Shown here piece by piece: positions 37,899 through 50,485 of a stretch of DNA of 64,000 bases; within the stretch, counting starts at the first letter, position 1; each line of letters begins with the position of its first letter. The DNA comes from Verrucomicrobiaceae bacterium. Its GTDB lineage: Bacteria; Verrucomicrobiota; Verrucomicrobiia; Verrucomicrobiales; Akkermansiaceae. The stretch spans positions 32,001-96,000 of the forward strand of contig JBPOGH010000001.1 of assembly GCA_051252135.1 (NCBI GenBank), in the 5' to 3' direction. The position numbers and the translations under genes were made by a program. The notes beneath the pieces were generated by a model that was given only the letters and a program-made list of their open reading frames with translations, had not been told where the DNA came from and made no database searches.

Positions 37899-38966
37899 AT
37901 GAAACCTTCTCCTCCGTCGGTCAATGTAGCCCGCTTGCTTTATCTCGTCCTCTGTGAGCTGGCCGGGTTGGGGATTGCGCTGAGTTCGCCGTTGATCGAG
38001 CTCTGGATGGGTTTGGCGGGTGGGTTGTTTCTGGCGGCATTCTTTATCTTTGTGGAAGCATTGATGAAGGGGTTTACGCTGCGGGGGTTTTCGACGGCGA
38101 CCTTTGGGTTGGCGGTGGGCTTGTTCTGCGCGTTTTTGTTGAACCGGGTGGGGATTGGGACTCTGGTGCAGGAAGCGGTGACGCCTTTTGGAGAGGAACC
38201 GGGTGATCTGGGTGAAACGCTGGCGCTGGCATTGAATGTGGCGATCTACGCGAGTTTGGGATTCATCGGGGCGACGCTGGCGCTGAGAAGCAGCCAGGAG
38301 GATTTTTCGTTCATCATTCCTTATGTTCGTTTCCGGCAGGATGCGGCATCGGGGCAGCCCTTGTTGCTGGATGCGGAGGTGATTGTGGATGGCCGGGTGG
38401 GCGGATTGATGATTGCGGGTTTTTTCACGGGTCGTCTGATTGTGCCGCAGTTTGTGCTGGATGAGTTGCAGGTGATGGCGAACTCACCTTCTCCGGGGAA
38501 GCGTCAGCGGGGACAGCGTGGGCTGGAGGTCTTGCAGGAGATGCAGGACAATCCGGGGATTCCGATTTCGATTCACGATGCCAGCGGGGTGGCGGAGGAT
38601 GAGTCGCTTCAGGGACGACTGGTGCAGACGGCGAAGCTGCTGGGGGCGCGGATTGTGACGACGGATGAGAATTTGACGAAGGTGGCGCATTTGCAGGGAG
38701 CGGGAGTGATCAATTTGAATGATTTGGCGGATTCACTTCGGCCTGCGGTAGTGGTGGGAGAGAAGGTGCGTCTGGCGCTGGTGCGAACCGGGAAGGATGA
38801 TCATCAGGGGGTGGGTTATATGTCGGACGGGACGATGATTGTGGTGAACCACGCGGTTTCGAGGATCGGGACGACCCAGGAGGTGGTGGTGATCAGCACC
38901 TTGAAGACGAGCGGCGGGGAGTTGGTTTTTGCGGAGTTGGCTGAAAACGTAGGTGAGACGGAGTGA
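37899..38966 (+). CDS. Membrane PIN/TRAM domain protein (YacL-like)
   Basis: N-terminal TMs, LLDAEVIVDGR, VPQFVLDELQ..A, RGQRGL, QGVGYMSDGTMIVV. Confidence 0.88.
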   Translation: MKPSPPSVNVARLLYLVLCELAGLGIALSSPLIELWMGLAGGLFLAAFFIFVEALMKGFTLRGFSTATFGLAVGLFCAFLLNRVGIGTLVQEAVTPFGEEPGDLGETLALALNVAIYASLGFIGATLALRSSQEDFSFIIPYVRFRQDAASGQPLLLDAEVIVDGRVGGLMIAGFFTGRLIVPQFVLDELQVMANSPSPGKRQRGQRGLEVLQEMQDNPGIPISIHDASGVAEDESLQGRLVQTAKLLGARIVTTDENLTKVAHLQGAGVINLNDLADSLRPAVVVGEKVRLALVRTGKDDHQGVGYMSDGTMIVVNHAVSRIGTTQEVVVISTLKTSGGELVFAELAENVGETE

Positions 38967-40303
38967 GTGGGATTGACGCGATTTCGGTGACCCAGCTGGC
39001 GCGGCGGATCCGCAATCTGCTGGAGATCGAGGTGGGTGAGGTGTGGGTGGAGGGTGAGGTGAGTAATCTGCGGAAGCAGTCGAGCGGACATTGGTATTTT
39101 ACGCTGAAGGACGAGAGTGCGCAGATTTCCTGTGCGATGTTTGGGGCGCGGCGGCGGGAGGGATCGGAGTTTGTGGAGGATGGGGCGAAGGTGAAGATTT
39201 TTGGGGAGACGAGCTTTTATGAAGCGCGGGGGAGCACCCAGTTGATTGTGCGGAAGGCGGCGGCGGTGGGAGTGGGGAATCTGCAGGCGAAATTTGAAGA
39301 ACTGAAGCGGAAGCTCGATGGGGAGGGACTTTTTGCCGCGGAGAGGAAGAAGAAGCTGCCGTTTTTTCCGAAAGTGGTGGGGGTGGTGACTTCACCGACG
39401 GGGGCGGCGTATCAGGATATGCTGAACGTGCTGGGACGGCGTGCACCGTGGCTGACGGTGGTTCTTTTTCCGGCGGCGGTGCAGGGGAAGGGCGCGGAGC
39501 GGGGCGTGGCGCGGGCGATTCGGCGGGCAGGGAATGCGGAGGCGGAAGGGCTGCCGCAACCGGAGGTGATTATTGTGGGGCGAGGCGGGGGATCGTTGGA
39601 GGATCTTTGGAATTTTAACGAGGAAGTGGTGGCGCGAGCGATTGCGGCGTCGGAGGTGCCGGTGATCAGTGCGGTGGGGCACGAGATCGACTTTACGATC
39701 GCGGACTTTGTGGCTGATTTGAGGGCTCCGACTCCGAGTGCGGCGGCGGAGCTGGTGGTTCCGGACCAGGGGGAGTTGGTGGAAAAACTGCGGCGTCAGC
39801 ATTCGCGAATTGACCGGCTGGTGCAGGACCGGGTGGAGCGTTTTGGGGAGCGTCTGAGTTATCTGGAACGGGGGTCGCTGGGGCAATCACCGGAGCGACT
39901 GCTGCGTGATCCGATGCAGCGTTTGGATGAGGCGGAAAAGGATTTGGATCGCGGAGTGGAGGCGATTTTAAGAGAGAAGGAAGCAGTCGTTTCCGACTTT
40001 GAGGCGAACTGGAAGTATTTTCACCCTCTCGAGATGCTTAAGGCGCGTGGGGAGAGATTGAAGACGAAACGAGATGCTTTGGAACGGGTGATGGAGGATG
40101 CACTGAAGGGACGTGAGGACAAAGTTTCCAAGCTCGAGTCCCTCGTGCATGCATATGGGCCGGGGTCGACGCTGGAGCGTGGTTTTTCAATCACGTTTGG
40201 GCCGGACGGCGAGATCATCCATGATCCGGCGAATCTGGAGAAGGGGGAGCGGATCGAGACGATGCTCCACAAGGGGACGCTGGTGAGTCGGGTGGAGAAG
40301 TAG
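38963..40303 (+). CDS. xseA: Exodeoxyribonuclease VII large subunit
   Basis: VWVEGEVSN..SGHWYFTLKD, RGGGSLEDLWNFNEE, SAVGHEIDFTIADFVADLRAPTPSAAAE. Confidence 0.96.
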   Translation: MSGIDAISVTQLARRIRNLLEIEVGEVWVEGEVSNLRKQSSGHWYFTLKDESAQISCAMFGARRREGSEFVEDGAKVKIFGETSFYEARGSTQLIVRKAAAVGVGNLQAKFEELKRKLDGEGLFAAERKKKLPFFPKVVGVVTSPTGAAYQDMLNVLGRRAPWLTVVLFPAAVQGKGAERGVARAIRRAGNAEAEGLPQPEVIIVGRGGGSLEDLWNFNEEVVARAIAASEVPVISAVGHEIDFTIADFVADLRAPTPSAAAELVVPDQGELVEKLRRQHSRIDRLVQDRVERFGERLSYLERGSLGQSPERLLRDPMQRLDEAEKDLDRGVEAILREKEAVVSDFEANWKYFHPLEMLKARGERLKTKRDALERVMEDALKGREDKVSKLESLVHAYGPGSTLERGFSITFGPDGEIIHDPANLEKGERIETMLHKGTLVSRVEK

Positions 40304-40314
40304 GGCCGGGGGCC

Positions 40315-40866
40315 TTACATCATGCCGAGCTTCATTTTGCCTTCTTCGGAGATCATGTCCTGATTCCAGGCGGGGTCCCAGACGAGTTCGACGTCGGCAT
40401 TGTTGATCTCGGGGAGGGTCATGATGCGGGCCTGGGCATCGGCCGCGATGACGGGTCCCATGCCGCAGCCGGGAGCGGTGAGGGTCATTTTGACTTTGAC
40501 GTCGGTGCCCTCGCCGTCTTCCGCCTTGACGAGTTGGCAGTCGTAGACGAGGCCGAGGTTGACGATGTCGACGGGGATTTCGGGGTCGAAGACTTGCTTC
40601 ATCTGGTGCCAGACCTGCTCTTCGAGGGGGAGATCCTTGATGGATTCCCGCTCTTCTTGCTGGGCTTTTTCAGCTTCGGGATCGACTCCAAGGGCGTCGG
40701 TATCGGTAGAGGAAATCCGGGCGAGGCCAGCGGAGGTGGCGACGGTGTAGGTGCCGCCGAGGGTTTGGGTGATGACGACAGGGGTGCCGGCGGGAAGCGT
40801 GATGGAATCTCCGGAGGGGATCTGGATGGCTTCGACTTCGCGGGTGAGGCTGACTTCTTCGTGCAT
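40315..40866 (-). CDS. sufT: Fe-S cluster assembly protein SufT (DUF59)
   Basis: ITQTLGGTYTV, DPEIPVDIVNLGLVY, MTLTAPGCGMG; start ATG 40866. Confidence 0.9.
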   Translation of the reverse strand: MHEEVSLTREVEAIQIPSGDSITLPAGTPVVITQTLGGTYTVATSAGLARISSTDTDALGVDPEAEKAQQEERESIKDLPLEEQVWHQMKQVFDPEIPVDIVNLGLVYDCQLVKAEDGEGTDVKVKMTLTAPGCGMGPVIAADAQARIMTLPEINNADVELVWDPAWNQDMISEEGKMKLGMM

Positions 40867-40904
40867 GTGGTGAGATTCGATGATGCGGGCGGGAGCGCAA
40901 GGCA

Positions 40905-42128
40905 TTATTTTCCGAGACTGTAGAGGACTTCGCGGCGGCCGTCTTCGCCTGAGAAGCCGACGCGGAGGAAGAGCTCCTTATCGACGAGGACGGGGGAGGC
41001 GTAGGTGTCATCGCCGAGCTTGTTTACGGCGACTTTCTGAAATCCTTCGTGGGTGGCTTTGAAGACGGTGGTGGTGCCGTTCTTGATGGGAGCGTAGATG
41101 TGGCCATTGGCGAAGGCGGGGGAGGCCATGACGCCGCCGCGGCCGAGGCGTTCTTTCCACATTTCCTCGCCATCGGAAGCACGCCAACAGTGGGCGAATC
41201 CCTGGTCGGTGACGGAGTAGATGTATCCTCCGTGGGCGAGCATGGATTGCTCGTAGGCGCGTTCGTTGTTGCTCCAGAGTTTTTGGCCGGAGCCATCGGA
41301 CTTCACGCCCTTGGTTTCGTTTTTGGGAAATCCGCCGCTGGCGAAGACGGCATCGTCAGTCCAGACGGCGGTGCCGCAGGTGGCCTGGGAGATGTGGGGG
41401 GCTTCCCAGAGGAGTTTGCCGTTGGAAGGATCATAACTGTGAATCTTGAGTTGTCCGGCGATGATGAGCTGATCTTTTCCGCTGGTGCGGGCGATGATGG
41501 GAGAGGCCCAGTTGTCACCGGGGTTCCGTGGAGTGCGCCATTTCTCCTCTCCGGTTTGGGAGTCGAGGGCGACGAGGTAGCCTTCCTTTTCCTGATCGGA
41601 AACGACAATGACGGTTCCTTTGTAGATGAGGGGTGAGGCTCCGTAGCCGAAGGGGTAGCCTGAGTGGTAGGAGCCGACGGTCTTGCTCCAGACGAGGTCA
41701 CCGGCGGGTGAGACGGCGGAGACGAGGATTTGCCCGTTGTTATAAAAGGTGGTGATGACGTGCCGGCCATCCCAGGCGGGAGAGGAGGAAGCGTGGGAGT
41801 TTTCGCGGTGGATTTTGGGAGGGAGGCCGCCAGTGGCGAGAGCCTTGGTCCATTGGATTTTACCGGAGGCGCGATTGATGGAAATGAGAGACTGGGTGCC
41901 TTTTTCGGTGTCGCCGGTGGTGAGGAAGATTTGGGCACCGACGACGATGGGGGTGGAGTGGCCGAGGCCGGGGAGGTCGGTCTTCCAGAGGACATTTTTG
42001 TCAGGGGACCACTCGGTGACGGGGGCGGCATCGGCGGCGGCGTGGTTATCCATGGTGGGGCCGCGCCACTGGGGCCAATCGGAAGCGGTGGCCTGGAGGG
42101 CGAGGAAGAGGGTGAGGAGGTATTTCAT
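40905..42128 (-). CDS. Secreted PQQ-like beta-propeller repeat protein
   Basis: DWPQWRGP, GHSTPIV, ASP repeats, G..W blade motifs. Confidence 0.88.
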   Translation of the reverse strand: MKYLLTLFLALQATASDWPQWRGPTMDNHAAADAAPVTEWSPDKNVLWKTDLPGLGHSTPIVVGAQIFLTTGDTEKGTQSLISINRASGKIQWTKALATGGLPPKIHRENSHASSSPAWDGRHVITTFYNNGQILVSAVSPAGDLVWSKTVGSYHSGYPFGYGASPLIYKGTVIVVSDQEKEGYLVALDSQTGEEKWRTPRNPGDNWASPIIARTSGKDQLIIAGQLKIHSYDPSNGKLLWEAPHISQATCGTAVWTDDAVFASGGFPKNETKGVKSDGSGQKLWSNNERAYEQSMLAHGGYIYSVTDQGFAHCWRASDGEEMWKERLGRGGVMASPAFANGHIYAPIKNGTTTVFKATHEGFQKVAVNKLGDDTYASPVLVDKELFLRVGFSGEDGRREVLYSLGK

Positions 42129-42213
42129 GGCGGGAATGTGGCCTTTTTTGGGGAGAAGGCAAAGTACGAGATTTGCATGTCCAAGGGCGGGGATGTTTCG
42201 GATAGTGGCGGGG

Positions 42214-43164
42214 ATGTTGGCGCGCTTGGTGAATCTGTTTTGGTTGTGGACGGTGTTGGGGACGGCGTGGGCGTGGTTTTATCCGGGGCACTTCATCTGG
42301 TTTCTGGGGATGATTCCGGGGACGGAGTTGAAGTGGATTCCGGTGGGGTTGGGGGTGATTATGCTGGGGATGGGGATGACGCTGACCTTTGCGGATTTTA
42401 GGGAAGTGCTGCGGATGCCGAAGTGGGTGGGGCTTGGGGTGGCGGCGCAGTTTTTGATCATGCCGATGGTGGGTTGGGGGATTGCGATGCTGTTTGCACT
42501 GCCGGATCAGTTCAAGCTGGGGATTATTTTGGTGAGTTGTTGTCCGGGAGGGACGGCCTCGAATGTGGTGACCTATTTGGCGCGGGGGAATCTGGCGTTG
42601 AGTGTGATGATGACGATGTGCTCGACGCTGCTGGCGGTGGGGTTGACGCCGTTTCTGACCAAGGTTTATGCGGCCCAAGGGTTGGAGATGAAGGTGGATG
42701 CGCTGGGGATGGTGGTCTCGATGGTGGTGATTGTGCTGCTGCCGATCTTGGCGGGGTTGGTGTTGAACTCGAGTTGCGGGGAGAAGGTGGCGAAGGTGAA
42801 GGAAGTGTCTCCGTTGGTTTCGGTGTTGGTGATTGTCCTGATCGTGGCGGCGGTGGTGGGGGCCACGAAGGAGAGTATTCTTACCTATTGGAGCACGCTC
42901 CTACCGGCGGTGTTTCTGGTGCATGCGTGTGGTTTTGGGCTGGGGTATCTCTGGGGACGGTTGTTTGGGCTGGAGGAGAAGGAGTGCCGGACGTTTTCGA
43001 TTGAAGTGGGGATGCAGAATTCGGGATTGGGATCGGAATTGGCGAAGGCGCATTTCACGATGTTGGCGGCGGCGCCGTGTGCGATTTCGGCATTTTACCA
43101 CTGTATGATCGGGAGTCTTCTGGCGAGTGTGTGGCGACGCCGGGGGTTACCAAAAAAGCGCTGA
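42214..43164 (+). CDS. Bile acid:sodium symporter (BASS) family protein
   Basis: IMLGMGMTL, AQFLIMP, CCPGGTASNV, SIEVGMQNSGL; start 42193 or 42214. Confidence 0.92.
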   Translation: MLARLVNLFWLWTVLGTAWAWFYPGHFIWFLGMIPGTELKWIPVGLGVIMLGMGMTLTFADFREVLRMPKWVGLGVAAQFLIMPMVGWGIAMLFALPDQFKLGIILVSCCPGGTASNVVTYLARGNLALSVMMTMCSTLLAVGLTPFLTKVYAAQGLEMKVDALGMVVSMVVIVLLPILAGLVLNSSCGEKVAKVKEVSPLVSVLVIVLIVAAVVGATKESILTYWSTLLPAVFLVHACGFGLGYLWGRLFGLEEKECRTFSIEVGMQNSGLGSELAKAHFTMLAAAPCAISAFYHCMIGSLLASVWRRRGLPKKR

Positions 43165-43209
43165 AGGGTCACGAAAGGGTCATTTTTGAGCGATAGAACT
43201 GTTTCTGTT

Positions 43210-44649
43210 ATGAAGACCAAGAATCTACTGAAAATTGTTCCCTTGTTGGGATTGCTGGGGTGGGCGTCAGCGCAGACGGTGGCGGAGCGCCTGGAGCAAG
43301 GGGTGCAGTTGCAAACGGCGGAGGGTGACCTGGAGGCCGCGATCAGCGAATACAAGGCGGTGTTGAAAGAGGCGGCGAGGTCCCATCGGTTGGCGGCGGA
43401 GGCGCGTTATCGATTGGCCGAGTGTTATGCGGCGATGGGGAATGAGGAGAGAATGCAGGTGCAGCTGCAGGCGCTACGGGACGAGTTTCCGCCGGACAAC
43501 AAGTGGGTGGTGAAAGGGGAAGGACTTGCGCCGGTGGTGACGGAATTTACAGGGACTCCCTGGCGTGACGGGCGGGTTTTTCATTATGAAATCAAGATGC
43601 CGACCGGTGACAAGATCGGGGATTTCCTGATCGCGCAGAGGAGGGTTTCGACCGAGCCGGAAGAGATTTGGGAATCGATCGCGGTGCGGAATGCGGGAGG
43701 GAAGAGTCTGAGTCGGACGGAGTTCACGACGAAGGGGCACCTTCCGTTGCGGAGCCGCTGGTTCATCGGGATGATGGGGGAGGTGAAGATCGACTTCAAG
43801 GAAGGCGGGAAAGCGATCTTTTCGAATGGCGATACGGGTGAGAGGACGGATGAATATGATCATGCGGCATCGAAGGATGCGCGGATTCCGGTTTTTGAGA
43901 ATGAGCAGATGATTCAAGTGATTCGGACGCTCAATCAAGAGGTGGGGACGAAGCAGAAGACGATCATTCTATCGGCTCATGCCGGAGCGACGCCCATTCC
44001 CTTCGATCTGGAGGTGGTGGGACATGAAGAGGTGACGGTGGGAGCGGGGACCTTTCAGTGTGTGAAGGTGGAATCGAGCATCAAGCAGGACTTTTATATT
44101 TCGACCGGACCGAATCGGGAATTGATCCGGATGGATGTGGGGCCGGTGACGATTGATCTGGCGAGCAGTGAGGAGTGGAAGCTTGATGTGCCGCACCATT
44201 TTGAATCGAAGCCTTTGGGAGCGTCGTTTTCGATCCCGGGAGCGATGTTTTATTCGCCGGAGATGTCGAAGGATGAAGTTTACCGCCTGCAAGTTTGGGC
44301 GAGTGACTTCGCCGGTCACGACGGTCTTCTGGAGATCAACAAGAAGAGTCACCTTTTGCCGAAGGCCCAAGGAGGATCAAGGGAGTATGCGGCGGTGCTG
44401 CACGAGGGATTTGCGAAGAATTATGACGAGTTCGAGGTGAAGGGGGATTGGGAGACGATCGAGATCGATGGGGTGGATGCGGTGGCGATGAAGATTGAAT
44501 CGAAGAAGGGGAGCCTGGTAACGAGAGAGTATCAGGTGCATGCGGTGGGGGAGGAATTGGCGCTGAGCTTTCGGTTGGATTATGCGAAGCCGGATGAAGA
44601 GCGGGCGATGGCGCGGGCGAAGGAAATTGTAGAGACGTTCCGGTGGTAG
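43210..44649 (+). CDS. Secreted protein with N-terminal TPR-like helix pair
   Basis: Signal peptide MKTKNLL..ASAQ, GDLEAAISEY...AEARYRLAECY, central EEVTVGAGTFQC (DUF3108-like). Confidence 0.75.
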   Translation: MKTKNLLKIVPLLGLLGWASAQTVAERLEQGVQLQTAEGDLEAAISEYKAVLKEAARSHRLAAEARYRLAECYAAMGNEERMQVQLQALRDEFPPDNKWVVKGEGLAPVVTEFTGTPWRDGRVFHYEIKMPTGDKIGDFLIAQRRVSTEPEEIWESIAVRNAGGKSLSRTEFTTKGHLPLRSRWFIGMMGEVKIDFKEGGKAIFSNGDTGERTDEYDHAASKDARIPVFENEQMIQVIRTLNQEVGTKQKTIILSAHAGATPIPFDLEVVGHEEVTVGAGTFQCVKVESSIKQDFYISTGPNRELIRMDVGPVTIDLASSEEWKLDVPHHFESKPLGASFSIPGAMFYSPEMSKDEVYRLQVWASDFAGHDGLLEINKKSHLLPKAQGGSREYAAVLHEGFAKNYDEFEVKGDWETIEIDGVDAVAMKIESKKGSLVTREYQVHAVGEELALSFRLDYAKPDEERAMARAKEIVETFRW

Positions 44650-44670
44650 GGTAGATGCGCAACCAATCAG

Positions 44671-46278
44671 GTGATGACAGCAAAGCGGGAACTCCAATTC
44701 TACCAGATGATCTTTGGCCTCATGTTGATGGGGATGATCGTGGGGTGGGTGGTGGTGATGCAGAGGCTGGTGAAGAGCGACGTGGAAGTGGCGCAGGCCC
44801 AGGCGCTTCGTGCGGAAGAGCGGCATCTTAGGGAGATTGTGGAGCGTTTCTACGGGAGGGCGGTTACGACGTCTGATCTTACCGAAGAGTGGTTCAAGGA
44901 AGCGGTCCTGAGCGATCGATTGGCCGGAGTCTGGAGTGGCGATCGAGCCAATAAGGAAGGCGAGACCGGAGTTCTGGCGTGGCCCGAGGGGGTGGAGATC
45001 GGGACGAGTGTTGATTTGGAAACGTTTCGAGATCAACTCGAATGGGGCGAGGTCAGTGAGGGGCGGGATCGGTTGGGGTCGCTCTTGTTACGGATCGCCC
45101 GTGCCGAGGGGGCCAGGTTTGGGGCGGTCGATCTCCTTCGGGAGGGAGTGTGGAACTATGGTGATTCCGGAGAGAGGATGAGTCCCGGATTTCGACTTCT
45201 TCTGATTCGTGCGCTGGAGGAACGGGAGCCCACGCCGGAACTGGGGCGGCTGAAAATTGCCGAGCGGATTCGGGCGATGGAGGGGGAAGTGGAGGATTTG
45301 GACATCAAGCTGGAGAAGCTCGTGGTGGATGGGATGGCCTTTTTCTTCACGAAAGATCAGCTGGAGAGTGTTTTTGAAAGTGAGGGGGTGGAGTTGAGTG
45401 AGATGGAGCCGGAGCAGCGTAATTTTGTAAGAGTGGCGGGATTGAAAGTCTGGCCTTATGTCAGTTTCACGGATGGAGCCGCATTGGTGTCGCAAGCCGA
45501 GGAGACCGGGGAGAAAATGATTTACGTCGTCGGTATTTCAACGGTGATCTCGACTCTGGGAGTGGTGTGGTTGGCGATTTGGTTTGGGAGGAATGAGCTT
45601 CAGTCGGCGCGGGCGCGGACCGATCTGGCGGCCTCGGTGGCGCACGAGTTGCGGACGCCCCTGGCGGGGCAGCGGGTGGTGCTGGAGTCGATGTTGGAGG
45701 GGGAGACGTTTAACGAGGAGTATTTGGAGATGGCGTTGAGGGAGAACCTGCGGCTGGGGAATTTGGCGGAGGAGTTTTTGACGTTTTCGCGCTTGGAGCG
45801 AGGGGTGCTGGAGCTGCAGCTGCGGTCGTTTTCGTTGATGGAAGTGGTGGAGCCGATGGTGGACGATTTCCGGCAGCAGCACGGGGACGGGGTGTTTGAA
45901 TTATCGGGTGATACGGGGGCGGTGGTGTTGGCTGATGAGGCAGCGGTGACGACGGTGGTGCGGAACTTGATCGAGAACGCGTGGAAGTATTCCGAGGGGG
46001 CGAAGAAGGTGGAGGTGCGGGTGTTTGAGGAGGGGGATGAGGTTGGGTTTTCGGTGAAGGACGAAGGGGTGGGCTTGTCGGCGGGCGAGCTGAAGAAGGT
46101 GTTTCGGCAGTTTTATCGGGTTGAGAAGAAGCTTTCGCGGTCGCAGGATGGTTTGGGGCTGGGCTTATCGATTGTGAAGCGGTTGGTGGATGCGATGGAG
46201 GGACGGGTGGAGGTGGAGAGCGAAGTGGGGAACGGGAGCGAGTTTCGGGTGTTTTTGAAGAAGGGAGGTCAGCGATGA
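44671..46278 (+). CDS. Sensor histidine kinase
   Basis: Two TMs, H-box AHELRTPL, NLIENAWKY, DEGVG, GLGLGLSIV. Confidence 0.95.
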   Translation: MMTAKRELQFYQMIFGLMLMGMIVGWVVVMQRLVKSDVEVAQAQALRAEERHLREIVERFYGRAVTTSDLTEEWFKEAVLSDRLAGVWSGDRANKEGETGVLAWPEGVEIGTSVDLETFRDQLEWGEVSEGRDRLGSLLLRIARAEGARFGAVDLLREGVWNYGDSGERMSPGFRLLLIRALEEREPTPELGRLKIAERIRAMEGEVEDLDIKLEKLVVDGMAFFFTKDQLESVFESEGVELSEMEPEQRNFVRVAGLKVWPYVSFTDGAALVSQAEETGEKMIYVVGISTVISTLGVVWLAIWFGRNELQSARARTDLAASVAHELRTPLAGQRVVLESMLEGETFNEEYLEMALRENLRLGNLAEEFLTFSRLERGVLELQLRSFSLMEVVEPMVDDFRQQHGDGVFELSGDTGAVVLADEAAVTTVVRNLIENAWKYSEGAKKVEVRVFEEGDEVGFSVKDEGVGLSAGELKKVFRQFYRVEKKLSRSQDGLGLGLSIVKRLVDAMEGRVEVESEVGNGSEFRVFLKKGGQR

Positions 46279-46943
46279 GGATGTTGATCGTGGAGGATGA
46301 TGCGACGCTGGGAGTGGGACTGCGGGATCATTTTTTGGGGCTGAACTGGGAGGTGTTGTTGGCGCGGGACGGGGAAGAGGGGTTGCGGTTGGCGTTTGAG
46401 GAGCGGATTGACATTATTCTGTTAGATTTGATGTTGCCGAAGGTGGATGGCTACGAGATTTGCCGATCATTGAGGCGGGAGAAGATCGAGACGCCGATTT
46501 TGATGCTGACGGCGAAGGGGCAGGTAGATGATGTGGTGCACGGACTGGAGACGGGGGCGGATGATTATTTGGTGAAGCCGTTTTCGTTACGGGAGCTGGA
46601 TGCGCGGGTGAAGGTGCTGATGCGTCGGGTGGATGACGGGAAGACGGATTTTAATTTCGGGGAAGGGTGTCATTTGGATCGAACGGGACGGGTGCTCAAA
46701 ATCGGTGGGGAGGTGATTGCGTTGACACCCAAGGAATTTGATTTGCTGGTGGTGTTTCTTCAGAATGCGGGTCGGGCGATGACGCGCGATCAGCTTCTGG
46801 GAGCGGTGTGGGGTCACGGCTTGTTGGTGACGGTGCGGAGTGTGGACCGCTGTGTGAAGACGCTGCGGAAGAAACTGGGGGAGCGGAACGTGGGCCCTTT
46901 GGTAGCGGTGCGGGGCGTGGGGTATCGCTGGGATGAGCGTTGA
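46275..46943 (+). CDS. OmpR-family response regulator
   Basis: LIVEDD, LDLMLP, GADDYLVKPF, winged helix LTPKEFDLL..VRGVGY; ATGA overlap with the kinase. Confidence 0.95.
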   Translation: MRMLIVEDDATLGVGLRDHFLGLNWEVLLARDGEEGLRLAFEERIDIILLDLMLPKVDGYEICRSLRREKIETPILMLTAKGQVDDVVHGLETGADDYLVKPFSLRELDARVKVLMRRVDDGKTDFNFGEGCHLDRTGRVLKIGGEVIALTPKEFDLLVVFLQNAGRAMTRDQLLGAVWGHGLLVTVRSVDRCVKTLRKKLGERNVGPLVAVRGVGYRWDER

Positions 46944-46947
46944 GAGC

Positions 46948-46979
46948 AAAAAAAAGAGAGCCGGTTAGGGCTCTCTTTG
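46948..46979 (-). terminator. Intrinsic terminator between convergent response regulator and thiC
   Basis: AAAAAAAAGAGAGCC-ggttag-GGCTCTCTTT hairpin with a long U-tract on the minus strand. Confidence 0.8.
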
Positions 46980-47001
46980 GGAAGAGGGGGGAGAATCCTG
47001 A

Positions 47002-49332
<2,331 letters not shown>

Positions 49333-49389
49333 TTAAAGAATCCAAAATTGTTCGTGCGTGCTGAAGATCGGCTCGGTATAAACGGATGT

Positions 49390-49848
49390 ATGAACAATCG
49401 CTTGTTGGCCGTTGGTGCGATCGTCCTCATTCTCTTAGTTGGGGGAGCAGGTTTTGGTATTTTTTGGACCAAAATGAACAAACCGATGGAAAGGTGGGTG
49501 GCTTATCCGCTGACTCCGTTTCCCCAAGTGGAACAACGGCAGGCCTGGGTAGACGAATGGGCTGAGATTGGAGAGCAAGACGGGGTTTTAAGGGCGGTTG
49601 TGCTGAACGAAAAGTTGGTTGATCGGTGGGGACTGGCCAATGAGGACTCTGCGGTAGAGCAGCTTCGCGAACGTTCCTTTGTGGACCTTTCCAAGGATAC
49701 CGAGACCATGCGGGTTGGAATCAGTGGAATCCGCAAGGAGATGGATGATCTCAACCGGCTGTCCGGAGCGCTCTTTAATGCGATCAAGGATCAGTTCGTG
49801 GTGAATCACCCCGAGCTGAAGCAGGTGTTGTCACCACCGGGTCAGTAG
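49390..49848 (+). CDS. Hypothetical membrane-anchored protein
   Basis: ATG 49390, N-terminal TM helix, 152 aa. Confidence 0.7.
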   Translation: MNNRLLAVGAIVLILLVGGAGFGIFWTKMNKPMERWVAYPLTPFPQVEQRQAWVDEWAEIGEQDGVLRAVVLNEKLVDRWGLANEDSAVEQLRERSFVDLSKDTETMRVGISGIRKEMDDLNRLSGALFNAIKDQFVVNHPELKQVLSPPGQ

Positions 49849-50478
49849 AGCTTCCTTTTCGAAGCGGACCTTGGGGAGTTCGGCGTATTTGTCGTCGGGC
49901 GAGCGGTAGCCGAGCGCGCAAGCGACGGAAGCGGTGTAGCCTTTTTCGGGCAGGTCGAGGATGCGGTCGTATTCGGCGGGGTTGAATCCTTCCATGGGGC
50001 AGGCGTCAATTCCGGTGACGGCGGCGGTGGTCATGAGTTGACCGAGGGCGATGTAGGTCTGGAGTTTGGCCCAGTGCTGGATTTGGTCCTGTGACATGGC
50101 GCCCATGAATCCGGACATCATCTGCTGGTAACCGCTGAGGGAATCGGCGCCGACCTGACGGACTTTACCGAGTTGATCGATCCACTCCTGGATTTCGGGG
50201 TCGCCTGCTGATTGGCGGGCGGCGAGGACGACGAAGTGGGAGCACTCGGTGACCTGGGTTTGATTCCAGGAGTGGGGAAGGAGTTGCTCTTTGACCGATT
50301 GATCGGTGATGACGACGAAGTGCCAGGGCTGGAGACCGAATGAGGAAGGGGTGAGGACGAGGGAGTCCTCGATGGCGGACCATGCTTCGGAGGGAATGTT
50401 GCGTTCCTTGTCGAAGACTTTGGTGGCGTAGCGCCAGCGGAGTGAGTCGAGGACGGCTTCGGGAGAGAGTGAAGTCAT
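49831..50478 (-). CDS. Nitroreductase family (NfsB-like) NAD(P)H oxidoreductase
   Basis: WRYATKVFD, LTPSSFGLQPWHF, GIDACPMEGF, ALGYRS. Confidence 0.93.
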   Translation of the reverse strand: MTSLSPEAVLDSLRWRYATKVFDKERNIPSEAWSAIEDSLVLTPSSFGLQPWHFVVITDQSVKEQLLPHSWNQTQVTECSHFVVLAARQSAGDPEIQEWIDQLGKVRQVGADSLSGYQQMMSGFMGAMSQDQIQHWAKLQTYIALGQLMTTAAVTGIDACPMEGFNPAEYDRILDLPEKGYTASVACALGYRSPDDKYAELPKVRFEKEALLTRW

Positions 50479-50485
50479 GGGGTGA

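Noticed and set aside
37899..38966. PIN toxin of a toxin-antitoxin or defence system
   Set aside because: Membrane PIN/TRAM (YacL-like) architecture in a housekeeping run, with no antitoxin gene.
41749..42192. Long N-terminal extension of the BASS transporter
   Set aside because: Overlaps the opposite-strand propeller gene; family similarity begins near 42214.
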